A stretch of DNA of 64,000 bases from an uncultured Bacilli bacterium (GTDB taxonomy: Bacteria; Bacillota_I; Bacilli_A; RF39; UBA660). This document shows, in pieces, positions 1-9,790 of the stretch. The position numbers and the translations under genes are program-made. Each line of letters starts with the position of its first letter. Position 1 is the first letter of the stretch. The stretch spans positions 3,618-67,617 of the forward strand of contig CALVKM010000005.1 in the NCBI GenBank assembly GCA_944332705.1. Reading direction: 5' to 3'. Under the pieces are notes generated by a model that was given only the letters and a program-made list of their open reading frames with translations, did not search any database and had not been told where the DNA came from.

Positions 1-23
1 TCATATTAGGTATCATATTTATA

Positions 24-995
24 TTGTTGGCTTTGTATTTTATTAATAATTTTAATTCTATTTCTGTTTATAAACTCACTTATAACACAAATGATGATAT
101 CAATATTCAAAGTGGATATTTTATTAATAGCAAGGTTAGAAATATTTTGATTATTGATAACATTGAAATAACTGACATAGATTATGAAATACAATCCACT
201 CAATTAGAATTATATACTTTAGTTAATGCCGATAAAATAGTTATTTATGAAAGTGACAACTTAGATGATATATTAATAGATGAATTAAAAGAATATCCAG
301 TAATCTTAGAACAAGATATAATTCATTATATGAAAAATAATTTACATTTAGAAATTACTATTACAGATACTAATAATACAGTACATAATTATAAAGCATT
401 AATTGTTCTTAAAGATTACTTCAGTAATAATAAATTAATATATGATTCATTTAAACCTGAAATAATAATGAATCAAATGCCTGAGTATATTAATCAAGTT
501 GCAGATAGTTTAACCAATAAATCTTATGCAACTTTTTTAATGACAGAAGAACCTAAAGAATTAAATGATGAAACTAACAATACAAATAAATTGCTATCAA
601 TTGGTTATACATATGATGACAAGACAGATACATATATAAAGATGGATGGGATAAAGGAAATAATTTATAATGATAGTGCTCGTTATATAAAAGTTGGTTA
701 TATATTGAATGATTCTGAATTTGTTATTAGCTACTATTATGAATCCAATAGAATTTTATTTAATCAAAATATTGATAATGAAATACAACTAAGATTTTAT
801 TATTATGTTAATACAAAAGAATTTGATTGTATCATCGGAGACTGCGAAAATTATCAATTAGAAATAGACTATATTCTTAAGGAATATCAAAGAATTCTAA
901 CAACTCTACAATCGTATAGTTGTTACTCTATTAATTTTCCGTTGCGTTTTTCTTTCGTTTTATATTACAATGTTCATGGAAACGGAAGGAGGTGA
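24..995 (+). CDS. hypothetical membrane-anchored protein; 5' end probably lies upstream of the window
   Basis: The frame stays open back to nt 3 (ILGIIFILLALYF hydrophobic anchor). TTG 24 is only the first in-window start. Long ORF ending TGA 993-995. No family recognised. Confidence 0.45.
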   Translation: MLALYFINNFNSISVYKLTYNTNDDINIQSGYFINSKVRNILIIDNIEITDIDYEIQSTQLELYTLVNADKIVIYESDNLDDILIDELKEYPVILEQDIIHYMKNNLHLEITITDTNNTVHNYKALIVLKDYFSNNKLIYDSFKPEIIMNQMPEYINQVADSLTNKSYATFLMTEEPKELNDETNNTNKLLSIGYTYDDKTDTYIKMDGIKEIIYNDSARYIKVGYILNDSEFVISYYYESNRILFNQNIDNEIQLRFYYYVNTKEFDCIIGDCENYQLEIDYILKEYQRILTTLQSYSCYSINFPLRFSFVLYYNVHGNGRR

Positions 996-1005
996 CAAAA
1001 ATTAG

Positions 1006-1822
1006 TGTGAGGAAAAATATTATAAGAGTGGCTTCTACTTTTATAATATTAACAACAATGGTATTTATAAGTAGTGTTAAAGCAGAAACAACAACGGAAG
1101 ATTACAACAAATTAAGAAGTATATTCTCAGAAGAACGTATATCTTTAATGAGTGAAGAAGAAAAAGCTATGTACACTGAAAATGAAGTCAACGTTAATGA
1201 AAAGCTTTATAAAGGAACTCTAACAGCAAATGGAACATACAGCTATGAAGAAATAGACCCAAGCTTAGAAGATGATATACGAAACAACGCCGGAGTAAGT
1301 ACATTAGATGTAACGTATTCAACAACTTATAAGAAAATATCATTAATTGATACTGCATTAAGCAACAATGGACATTATTTATCAGTATATACACAATGGC
1401 TTATTGTTCCCGCAACCCAATCTTTTGATGTAACAGCATTGCGCGTGGAAGATGCAACAATTGTTGAAGGTACTCAATATGGTCTTCAAGTATATATTAA
1501 AAATGGTACAACGGGCTCAGTTAACTATTCACCAAACGGAACAAACATTAGAAAAGCAGACAACGGATTTGGAATATCAATGAATTTAGTTAATGGCGCT
1601 TCATATTATGAAACAGAAATATCAGCTAATGTAATTGCAACTTCACAAAGTGCTAAAGCCTATGGAACATATCAACATGCGGTTACTGATTTAACACTAG
1701 ATGCTTCGCAAAGTTATACTATTTCTCATAATGGTTTTGGAAGAGTCTTGAATTTTGCAACTGGGGTACAAAACTATTATGATGGCATGAACGGAGTTTC
1801 GTTATCTTTAAGCTATTCTTAA
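1006..1822 (+). CDS. secreted protein of unknown function
   Basis: ORF 992..1822. GGAAGGAGG at 984-992 makes GTG 1006 the likeliest start. This gives the signal peptide VRKNIIRVASTFIILTTMVFISSVKA/ETT. No family recognised. Confidence 0.55.
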
Positions 1823-1833
1823 AAAATCGTATT

Positions 1834-1921
1834 TCTATAATTTCCATAACTGTTTTATATGTTAAGGATTAGATTAATCTATAATTTCCATAACTGTTTT
1901 ATATGTTAAGGATTAGATTAA
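1834..1921. repeat. perfect 44-bp tandem duplication (2 copies)
   Basis: TCTATAATTTCCATAACTGTTTTATATGTTAAGGATTAGATTAA occurs at 1834-1877 and again at 1878-1921, just after the upstream stop codon. Confidence 0.95.
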
Positions 1922-2211
1922 AGATAAGAACTTTATCATTGATAACAATGCTTATATCGGCGTATATATCTTTAGGTTATTCTTAATCATCTTCTTACAC
2001 ACTTATAGATTAAGAAATTAATTTAAAGGCATAGGCTTCATAAAAGAATATATCTTCACTTTTTAATAAATGTTAAATAATATAATTAATAAGGATTAAT
2101 TATATTAGGCAAATATTCTAAAAAATTATTCCTGAAAGTTCCTTGAGTATTTGTCATACATTTATATTAAGTAACATACTATTAATTAGATAAACGAAAG
2201 ATAGGTGTGTT

Positions 2212-3690
2212 ATGGAAAAAGAAAAAATAATATCTTCTATAGCAAAACGCGGCAACGGAGAAATATATCTCGGCGTTGTTGGAGCGGTAAGAACAGGGAA
2301 ATCAACTTTTATTAAACGTTTCATCGAGAACTTAGTAGTTCCCAATATCACAGATGAATACGAAAAGAAGCGTTGTTTAGATGAAATCCCTCAAAGTGCT
2401 CAAGGAAAAACAATCATGACAACAGAGCCTAAATTTGTTCCTAGTAATGGTGCAACAATTAAGGTTGGTGAATTTGAAACAAGCATTAAATTAGTTGATT
2501 GTGTCGGTTATGTGATACCGGATGCCAACGGATTTGTGGATGAAGATGGTAATCCAAGAATGGTTAAAAGCCCTTGGTTTGAGGATGCTATTCCTTTTGT
2601 TGAAGCCGCTGAAATAGGCACTGAAAAAGTGATAAAAGATCATGCGACAATAGGGATTGTAGTAACTTCAGATGGATCTTTTGGTGAAATCAAAAGAAAT
2701 TCCTATGTTGAAGCTGAAGAAAAAGTGGTGTCGGAGTTAAAAAATATTGGAAAACCATTTATTGTAATACTTAATACAGTACACCCAACTAATACGGAAA
2801 CAAGGGAACTGGCACAAAGTTTAAGTACATCATATGAGGTTCCCGTAATTCCTATTAGTGCTGAACTGATGAATGAAAAAGAAATAATGGAGATATTAAA
2901 AACAGCATTATATGAATTTCCAGTGCTTGATATTAAGGTTTCTATTCCTGAATGGGTTCATGTCTTACCTAATGAACATGCAATAAAAAAAGAATATTTG
3001 GAAAGAATTAGAGAAAGTGTAATAAGTGTTGATAAGATTAAAGATGTTGATTTTATTTTAGAACATTTTAATGATTCTTTATATATTTCTAATGCTTATA
3101 TTAGTGAATTAGATGCATCCACAGGAACTATTACAATTAATTTGGAATCTCCAAATGAACTTTACACAGAAACATTAAAATCTATTATGGGAGATACTGT
3201 TACAACAAAAGCAGGATTATTAAAAATTTTTGCATCATATACGGAAAATAAAGAGGAAATGGCCGCTTTAAAAGAAGCCATTAAAATGACTCAAACAACC
3301 GGTTATGGTATTGTATATCCACAATTAAAAGAATTAAAATTAGAAACTCCTGAGTTAGTTAAACAAGGAAGTAGATATGGCGTAAAATTAAAAGCAGTGG
3401 CTTCAAGTATTCACATGATTAAAGTTGATGTTGAATCAACATTCGAACCAATCATTGGTAGTGAATTACAATCAAAAGAATTAATCAAACATCTAATGAA
3501 AGATTATGAAGCTGATTCAGCTAGTATTTGGAAAAGTGAAATCTTTGGGCGCAGTTTAGAGACAATCGTCCAAGAAGGAATACAAGCTAAACTTAATATG
3601 ATGCCAGAAAATACAAGGTTTAAGTTAAAAGAAACACTATCTAAGATTATAAATAAGGGATCAAATACCTTAATTGCTATCGTAATTTAA
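2212..3690 (+). CDS. spoIVA: stage IV sporulation protein A (spore coat morphogenetic ATPase)
   Basis: 492 aa. The N-terminus MEKEKIISSIAKRGNGEIYLGVVGAVRTGKSTFIKRFIE carries the Walker A motif. Length and sequence are characteristic of SpoIVA. Confidence 0.93.
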   Translation: MEKEKIISSIAKRGNGEIYLGVVGAVRTGKSTFIKRFIENLVVPNITDEYEKKRCLDEIPQSAQGKTIMTTEPKFVPSNGATIKVGEFETSIKLVDCVGYVIPDANGFVDEDGNPRMVKSPWFEDAIPFVEAAEIGTEKVIKDHATIGIVVTSDGSFGEIKRNSYVEAEEKVVSELKNIGKPFIVILNTVHPTNTETRELAQSLSTSYEVPVIPISAELMNEKEIMEILKTALYEFPVLDIKVSIPEWVHVLPNEHAIKKEYLERIRESVISVDKIKDVDFILEHFNDSLYISNAYISELDASTGTITINLESPNELYTETLKSIMGDTVTTKAGLLKIFASYTENKEEMAALKEAIKMTQTTGYGIVYPQLKELKLETPELVKQGSRYGVKLKAVASSIHMIKVDVESTFEPIIGSELQSKELIKHLMKDYEADSASIWKSEIFGRSLETIVQEGIQAKLNMMPENTRFKLKETLSKIINKGSNTLIAIVI

Positions 3691-3704
3691 CGATAGTTTT
3701 TTTC
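3677..3704 (+). terminator. rho-independent terminator of spoIVA
   Basis: CTATCGT / ACGATAG 7-bp stem, 6-nt loop, then T7. Overlaps the stop codon. Confidence 0.7.
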
Positions 3705-3926
3705 TTAAATTTCTATAAGAGTAGTACAAAATTTATCAAATTATAGCTGAATTTAAATGTAATTTGAACGTAATATATGTCAAGTACTAGTAAAAATGGC
3801 TAAAAATCGTTAAATTTTTAATGTTTTGCGTATTTTTTCCTTGATTTTGTTTGGCATTTTTGCTAATCTTAATATGTAAGGACAATGTGCTTTACAAATA
3901 TTGACATATATGGGAGGTATGAAAAA

Positions 3927-4199
3927 ATGTCTAAAACTGAATTAGTAGAACTAATTGCCAAAGAAGCAGGACTTTCTAAAGCAGATGCTACTCGTGCATT
4001 AGATGCTACTTTAGCAGGTATTACTGCTGGTCTTAAAAAAGATGGAAAAGTTTCATTAGTTGGATTTGGAACATTCTCAGCTAAAAAAAGAGCTGCTCGT
4101 GAAGGAATCAATCCATTAACTAAAGAAACAATTAAAATTCCTGCTAAGACTGTGGCATCATTTAAAGCTGGAAGTAAGTTAAAAGATGCCCTTAACTAG
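3927..4199 (+). CDS. hup: DNA-binding protein HU
   Basis: 90 aa, MSKTELVELIAKEAGLSKADATRALDA...GFGTFSAKKRAAREGINP, HU/IHF family. GGGAGG RBS at 3912-3917. The upstream part of ORF 3885..4199 lacks an RBS. Confidence 0.93.
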   Translation: MSKTELVELIAKEAGLSKADATRALDATLAGITAGLKKDGKVSLVGFGTFSAKKRAAREGINPLTKETIKIPAKTVASFKAGSKLKDALN

Positions 4200-4218
4200 G
4201 CAAAAATGTAATTAAATG

Positions 4219-4249
4219 AAAAAGTTGATGAAAATCGACTTTTTCTTTT
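4219..4249 (+). terminator. rho-independent terminator of hup
   Basis: AAAGTTGAT-GAAA-ATCGACTTT hairpin followed by a T-rich run. Confidence 0.65.
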
Positions 4250-4290
4250 GGTTAAAATGGAGTATAATATAAAAAAGGATAAGGTATTTT

Positions 4291-5313
4291 ATGAAAAAGA
4301 TAATTGTATTACTTATAATTGGTATTTTATTTTTAATTATTCCTAATTTTTTTAATGCTTATAATATATTAAGGTTAATAAGTGTTCTTTTAGGTATAAT
4401 TCTTATTACCATTAGTTTGATATTTTCACCAAATAAAAATATTTATTTAATAGTAATTATGCCATTGTTTTTAATACTTTTATCGTATTCAATTGATATA
4501 TTTTTATATTCAAAATTTAATAGAATACCTATATATGTTTATGAAATAAAAAGTAATGATAATATTAGTACTTATAATAGTTTATTTTATCGTATTTATA
4601 ATTGTAATAATACATTAACTCTTGATTATAATTATCAAAAAAAATATGTTTGTGGAAATGATACTTTAGATGAAATAGATATTAATACATTTTTACTCAA
4701 TCCTAAAGAAAATTTTAAAATTTATAAAAATAAATTTGTTAAAATAATTGGTAAAATAAGTAAAATTAGTGGTAGAGAACTTATTGAATTAAATGCTTAT
4801 GATGAAACAGCTAATGCTTTAAATGGTTATGTAACATTTAATAATGATTATAAAATTGATGTTCATCTTGATGAAGATTTAAGTAATTATCGTATTTATG
4901 ATTATTTAACTGTTATTGGTCGGGTGGTTTCATATGAAAATGGCACAATTATTTTAGAAGATGCCTATACTATATCAAGTGATATATATGATGATTATAC
5001 TTATGAAGTAACAACTAATAATACAAAAAATTTAAAAATTCTTTTAAATAATTATTATTTATATGGAATTGATAGTATTAATGTGAAATATAGCAATAAT
5101 TCAATTTATGAGTTGAATTATGTACTAACTGATGGTAAAATTAACATAGGTGATATTATAAATAATATTGGTGGGGAAATATTAAGAGATTCAGAAAATA
5201 TAATAGTTGCCAAAAAATATGAATTAGATGATTTTAATATTATGGTATGTGAAAATGATAAAACAATATTTGCTAACAAGAATTATGAGTTAAATGCTAA
5301 TTTGTGTAATTAG
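4291..5313 (+). CDS. integral membrane protein of unknown function (about 3 N-terminal TM helices plus a soluble domain)
   Basis: 340-aa ORF with a hydrophobic N-terminus. The segment KFVKIIGKISKISGRELIELNAYDE...LTVIGRVVSYENGTIILE weakly resembles an OB-fold barrel. It sits immediately upstream of the pilin-like gene. Confidence 0.5.
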   Translation: MKKIIVLLIIGILFLIIPNFFNAYNILRLISVLLGIILITISLIFSPNKNIYLIVIMPLFLILLSYSIDIFLYSKFNRIPIYVYEIKSNDNISTYNSLFYRIYNCNNTLTLDYNYQKKYVCGNDTLDEIDINTFLLNPKENFKIYKNKFVKIIGKISKISGRELIELNAYDETANALNGYVTFNNDYKIDVHLDEDLSNYRIYDYLTVIGRVVSYENGTIILEDAYTISSDIYDDYTYEVTTNNTKNLKILLNNYYLYGIDSINVKYSNNSIYELNYVLTDGKINIGDIINNIGGEILRDSENIIVAKKYELDDFNIMVCENDKTIFANKNYELNANLCN

Positions 5314-5327
5314 AGGTGGTGTTTTTG

Positions 5328-7634
5328 ATGAATAAAAAAGGATTTACATTAGTTGAGTTACTTGGAGTTATTGCAATACTTGCAATAATAATAGGAATAT
5401 CTTTTGCAATCTATACAAGAGTGAGAAATGATGTATTAAATCAAGAATTAGCAAATGTTGTGTCATATATTGAAGCTCAAGCGGAAAATTATGCAAATGA
5501 TACTAATATAACTGTAGTAAGTGTGGAAGATTTAATACTTGATGGATATATTGAACCAGATGATGAGACTGATATCTATAGTCCAGTAACCGGAGAGAGT
5601 TTAAATTGTTATTTAGTTAGAAGTACTTATGAAGACGGTGAGTTTACTTCAGTTTTAGATTTTGATAGTCTACTAAATCGTGATGAAACAAGTGGTACAT
5701 GTGATATATATGCATCAGAAGTTCAAGCATTTATTGGTGTTCAAGAAATTACTGACGATGGTTCTGTTGAAGGTTTTCATAAACCTCAAAGCACTAATGG
5801 AGAAATAAAATGGTATAAAAATGACTTGTATTTAGCTCCTTTAGGAGAGAATAATTCTATCATCGATATCGATGGAGCTACCTATGAATGGCGTAACAAT
5901 TATGGCGAAATGTCCGATGAACAAATAATTAGAACAGAAGTATCTAATGGAACCATTGCCAATATTCCTTATACAGTAGCCATAAGATATATGGAAAACG
6001 AAAGTATGCAAGAAATAACAGCATCAGAAACAATTCATATTGATAAAGAAGCCCCAAGAATAATAGATATTGAAGTTCCAGAAAGTACAGAATGGACTAT
6101 CTCAAAGACCATAACTATCAAAGCAACTGATGGTTCAGGTTCTGGTATTGCAGGAATATATTACGGTTTAGCTGATGAACTATCTACTTGTACAGCTGAT
6201 TTAAATTATATTACAGATATTAATGGAGATACATTTAGTACTGATGTTATGACAAGTGGTATATATCGGGCTTGTGCTATAGATAAAGTGGGAAATGTCT
6301 CAGAAATTAGTGATGAATTTATAGTAAGTCGAGTAGATGGAGCAATAGATACATTAACTTTAACTGGTATACCTGAATTTGATATAGTTCGAAGTGTAGA
6401 ACTTCGTGGTCAAGCTCAAGATGATGGTGTTGGATTAGTAAACTATGGCCATTTTGATAATAACAAACCGACGTGGCAAAAGAATTTTGAAGCAACCAAT
6501 GAATTGTTTACTCTTGATAGAACAGTAAGTGAAAATGGATTGTATTATTTTTGTGCAATAGATGGTCTTGACAATGAAGTTTGTGTATCATATCGTGTAT
6601 CTAATATAGATAATACGGGACCAAACATAGATATAACTAAAAGTACAACAAATTATGCGACAAGTATTACATTAACCATAACTGCTAGTGATATATATGA
6701 AGAAGATAGTGATGGTAATGTGATAACTGCTGCATCGGGAATAGATGCTTATAGAGTGGTTACTCCATCAAGTTCAGGAAATTGGATAAGTGTTGATAAC
6801 ATAGATGACACGGAAACATTTACAACTAATATAACTGCTAATAATAATGGAACATATTATTTCTATGTTAGAGATAAAGCTGGTAATGAAACATCGAAAT
6901 CAATTAATGTTAATAATATTATAGTATTAACATCGCGAACTGTAAATTTATATAGTAGAGATGATGATTATATATCTCAAACATTTTCTCTAAGTGGTAT
7001 TATTCAATATGACCGTGCAACAATTGTAAGTGGTGGAGGAACAGTCTCAGGTTATAAATCTGGTAATGGAGTTAGACTCACTGTTAGTGGAGGTAATAAA
7101 TACACTGGTAAAGAATATCAAACATTTACGGAAAATCCTGATAGTTATCGGGCACACGAAGAAGAATATTGTTCTGGTTATTATTGTCCGAATGGTGGAG
7201 ATGTAAGTGGCAGTAGGTGTGTTGGTAGTGACTATTATCTTTATGGATGGAATGATTTAACTTGTCAATCTAGCGGTTGGTGGAATGTAACAGGTTATAG
7301 TGATCGATATTGTGAAGATCATTACTACAAAAATGATTTTGGTGGCGCTGCTTGTCCTACAGATCCTGGTTATTCATGTACAAGTTCGGTTGTTGGTGTA
7401 ACTGAAAGGGTTACGTGTCGTGCAACATGTGAATGGTTAGGAAATTACAGTGCAACATGTGAATATTATGATACAGAATATTATTGCAATCCTGGAGATG
7501 AACGTAGTGGAAGTTATTGTTATACTTGTACTAGAGGAGACTTCAATAGATATGGCGAATGTGAATATGAAACTTTAGTAAATTATGCATATTATGAATA
7601 TGATGTTATAATATATTATTATGTTTTAGAATAG
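5328..7634 (+). CDS. large modular type IV pilin-like protein (prepilin signal, Ig-like repeats, Cys-rich C-terminus)
   Basis: GAGGTGG RBS then ATG 5328. MNKKG/FTLVELLGVIAILAIIIGISFAIY is a class III (prepilin peptidase) signal with Glu at +5. Three repeats each end in D-x-(A/V/L)-G-N. The tail has about 14 Cys in about 130 aa. Confidence 0.75.
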   Translation: MNKKGFTLVELLGVIAILAIIIGISFAIYTRVRNDVLNQELANVVSYIEAQAENYANDTNITVVSVEDLILDGYIEPDDETDIYSPVTGESLNCYLVRSTYEDGEFTSVLDFDSLLNRDETSGTCDIYASEVQAFIGVQEITDDGSVEGFHKPQSTNGEIKWYKNDLYLAPLGENNSIIDIDGATYEWRNNYGEMSDEQIIRTEVSNGTIANIPYTVAIRYMENESMQEITASETIHIDKEAPRIIDIEVPESTEWTISKTITIKATDGSGSGIAGIYYGLADELSTCTADLNYITDINGDTFSTDVMTSGIYRACAIDKVGNVSEISDEFIVSRVDGAIDTLTLTGIPEFDIVRSVELRGQAQDDGVGLVNYGHFDNNKPTWQKNFEATNELFTLDRTVSENGLYYFCAIDGLDNEVCVSYRVSNIDNTGPNIDITKSTTNYATSITLTITASDIYEEDSDGNVITAASGIDAYRVVTPSSSGNWISVDNIDDTETFTTNITANNNGTYYFYVRDKAGNETSKSINVNNIIVLTSRTVNLYSRDDDYISQTFSLSGIIQYDRATIVSGGGTVSGYKSGNGVRLTVSGGNKYTGKEYQTFTENPDSYRAHEEEYCSGYYCPNGGDVSGSRCVGSDYYLYGWNDLTCQSSGWWNVTGYSDRYCEDHYYKNDFGGAACPTDPGYSCTSSVVGVTERVTCRATCEWLGNYSATCEYYDTEYYCNPGDERSGSYCYTCTRGDFNRYGECEYETLVNYAYYEYDVIIYYYVLE

Positions 7635-7651
7635 GAGATTATATAAGATTT

Positions 7652-8197
7652 ATGGAAAAGAAAAAGTGGTTTATAATTATTGGTGCTTTAATTTTACTAG
7701 TTTTAGTTGGAGTTTTAATAGCTGTATTTTTACTTAATAATAATAGTAGCAAATCAAAAACTGAAAATTTTGAAAATAGAATTATGACTTTATTTGATAA
7801 TAGTTATAAATATTACTACTATTTATATGGTGATATTAAAACTGGTGATGGTTATATTGAAGTTGATGGTGTTACTTATTATTATGTTGCTGAAGATTTA
7901 ATGTCAGTCAGAGAATTCAGAGAACTTGTTGAAGATACATTTTTAAATACTATGCTTGATAGTGTTCTTGAAGTTGAAAATACCAATGAATATATTAATG
8001 TTGATGATAAAATTTATGTTAAAAAAACAGAAAATCCTTGTAAAAATATTCATGAATATGATTTTAGTGATTTATATTATGATGGTGATGACGAAAAAAG
8101 ATATGCTTATTATAATCAAACAAGAACAGCTATATATAATGAAGATGGTATTTGGAAGTTAGGAAATAATATTTATGTTTGTGAATCAGAAGAATAA
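7652..8197 (+). CDS. N-terminally membrane-anchored protein of unknown function
   Basis: 181 aa with a MEKKKWFIIIGALILLVLVGVLIAVFLL anchor. No family recognised. Confidence 0.5.
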   Translation: MEKKKWFIIIGALILLVLVGVLIAVFLLNNNSSKSKTENFENRIMTLFDNSYKYYYYLYGDIKTGDGYIEVDGVTYYYVAEDLMSVREFRELVEDTFLNTMLDSVLEVENTNEYINVDDKIYVKKTENPCKNIHEYDFSDLYYDGDDEKRYAYYNQTRTAIYNEDGIWKLGNNIYVCESEE

Positions 8198-8254
8198 AAT
8201 CTTTTGATTTTTTCTTTATATAATAGGAAAGTTATACTTTTTTAAATAAAATTA

Positions 8255-8283
8255 TTGACATCCAAACGACTGTTTGGTATACT
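8255..8283 (+). promoter_or_regulatory. sigma-A type promoter with a palindrome in the spacer
   Basis: TTGACA (8255-8260), a 17-nt spacer, then TATACT (8278-8283). The spacer contains the perfect inverted repeat CCAAAC-gact-GTTTGG (8262-8277). Confidence 0.55.
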
Positions 8284-8307
8284 TGATTTACAAGGAGGAA
8301 ATTTGTT

Positions 8308-9790
8308 ATGGCTACTATTTAAGTCTAAATTGTTATATAGTTAGAAGTACTTATGAAGATGGAAAATTTACTGCAGAATTAAAATTAACTTCTGAAAATT
8401 ATATGGCAGATGAAAATGGAACTTGTACAAACTATGAAAAAGGTAGCGCTATTACGATTTATGCTTGTAAAAGTGATGGAACCTGCAAAGAGGTTGGAAA
8501 TAATTGGTATAATGAAAATGTGACTTTAGAAATTCGCTATCCTGATGGAAGTACTTTTCAAGAAGAAAATGCTACTTATGAATGGAAAACTAACCAAGGA
8601 ATAAATTATGATACTGCTACAGTTGCTACAAATGTCGCCGAAAATAATGCAATTACTTTACCATATACGGTAAATGTAACTTATCTAAAAGATGCTGAAA
8701 ATGTAATTGCTACTGTTAGTAAAAATGTTAAAATAGATATGCAACCACCAGAAATTTTAGAAACAATAATTAAAGATGAGGCAACTTGGACTAATACTGA
8801 AAAAGAAATAACTATAAGAGTAACGGATTATAATGGTTCAGGTGTTTATGGTATATATGTTGGAGATAAGGATTGTAGTTCACTTACAATTGAAGATTTT
8901 GAAAAGTTAAATGACAACAAATATATAACAACCAAAAATAATGGTACATATAATGTTTGCTTGAGAGATAATGCTGGCAATCAATCCGCAGGGGGGCTAA
9001 TAATTGGTATGTTGAAAATGTCAATTTAGTTTTAAACACCAGTGATGATGCAAGTGGAATATCTCAAAAAGGTATGTCTACTAGTAGCAAGGTTAATTAT
9101 AATAATGTCACTGCTAGTCTTCAAAGAAATACTAAAGGAACAACATATTATGGTTATGTCAAAGATGAAGCTGGGAATGTTGGATCTTGCAATTTAAATG
9201 TAAAAGTGGACTCGACACCACCAGAAATAAGTTTTAATATAAGTGGAATAGATACTGCTATAATGACATGTAGTGATGATACTAGTGGTATAAATGGTAA
9301 AACCAACTACAACCAAAGATTAACAGGAACGAGAGATTATACAGTAAATCAAACATGTACAAACAATGCTGGAGTTTCTGCAACTCGTAGCCATACATAT
9401 GATTATAGTAGTTGTGCAGATACTCATATTGAATGTAGACCAGGATGTGGTACTTATTATAGTGATTGTGCATCTGGATCAAATACTTGTCGTCCTGGAT
9501 ATGAACAAGTATGTACTGAGGTTTGTATTGGCGGTTATATTCAACATTATAATTGTTGTAGTAGTTTAAATGGTGGCAATTGTTTTGATTCAACTGTTAA
9601 TTATCCAAATGGTTATTGTGGTCCAACTTATAAAGAATGTAAAAAAAAGGGCCAATCTTGTACATCTGGAAGTTATAATCCATGTTATAGTGGCTCTAAT
9701 ACTTGTAAACCTGGTTATGTAACAGATCCAAGTACTTGTGATAGTTGTTATTATCGCGAAGAAGTTTGTGAAGGAGGATTTTTATATTGA
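8308..9790 (+). pseudogene. 5'-truncated, frame-disrupted paralog of the 5328..7634 pilin-like gene
   Basis: AAGGAGG RBS plus ATG 8308 gives only MATI-stop. Homology to the paralog starts at 8322, where 8322-8363 matches 5598-5639 at 38/42 nt. The frame breaks again in the overlap 8972-9027, which contains a G6 run (8991-8996). ORFs 8274..9029 and 9074..9790 are its two pieces. Confidence 0.7.

Noticed and set aside
1834-1921. Possible CRISPR array, considered for this repeat and for 59261-59296
   Set aside because: The repeats are directly abutting with no spacers. There are only 2-3 copies and no cas genes in the window.
2079-2106. Perfect 12-bp inverted repeat AATATAATTAAT-aagg-ATTAATTATATT upstream of spoIVA
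   Set aside because: It is composed only of A and T in a very AT-rich intergenic region. The chance of a compositional palindrome is high and no function can be argued.
2155-2160. CATACA sigma-E-type -10 element 50 nt upstream of spoIVA
   Set aside because: spoIVA is sigma-E dependent in B. subtilis and the hexamer fits. I could not find an acceptable -35 (ATATT-like) element at the right spacing, so I do not report it as a feature.
8274-8307. TTG 8274 as the start of ORF 8274..9029
   Set aside because: That start lies inside the promoter spacer and -10 element and upstream of the RBS. The first 16 codons have no counterpart in the paralog. The real initiation signal is AAGGAGG plus ATG 8308, in another frame.
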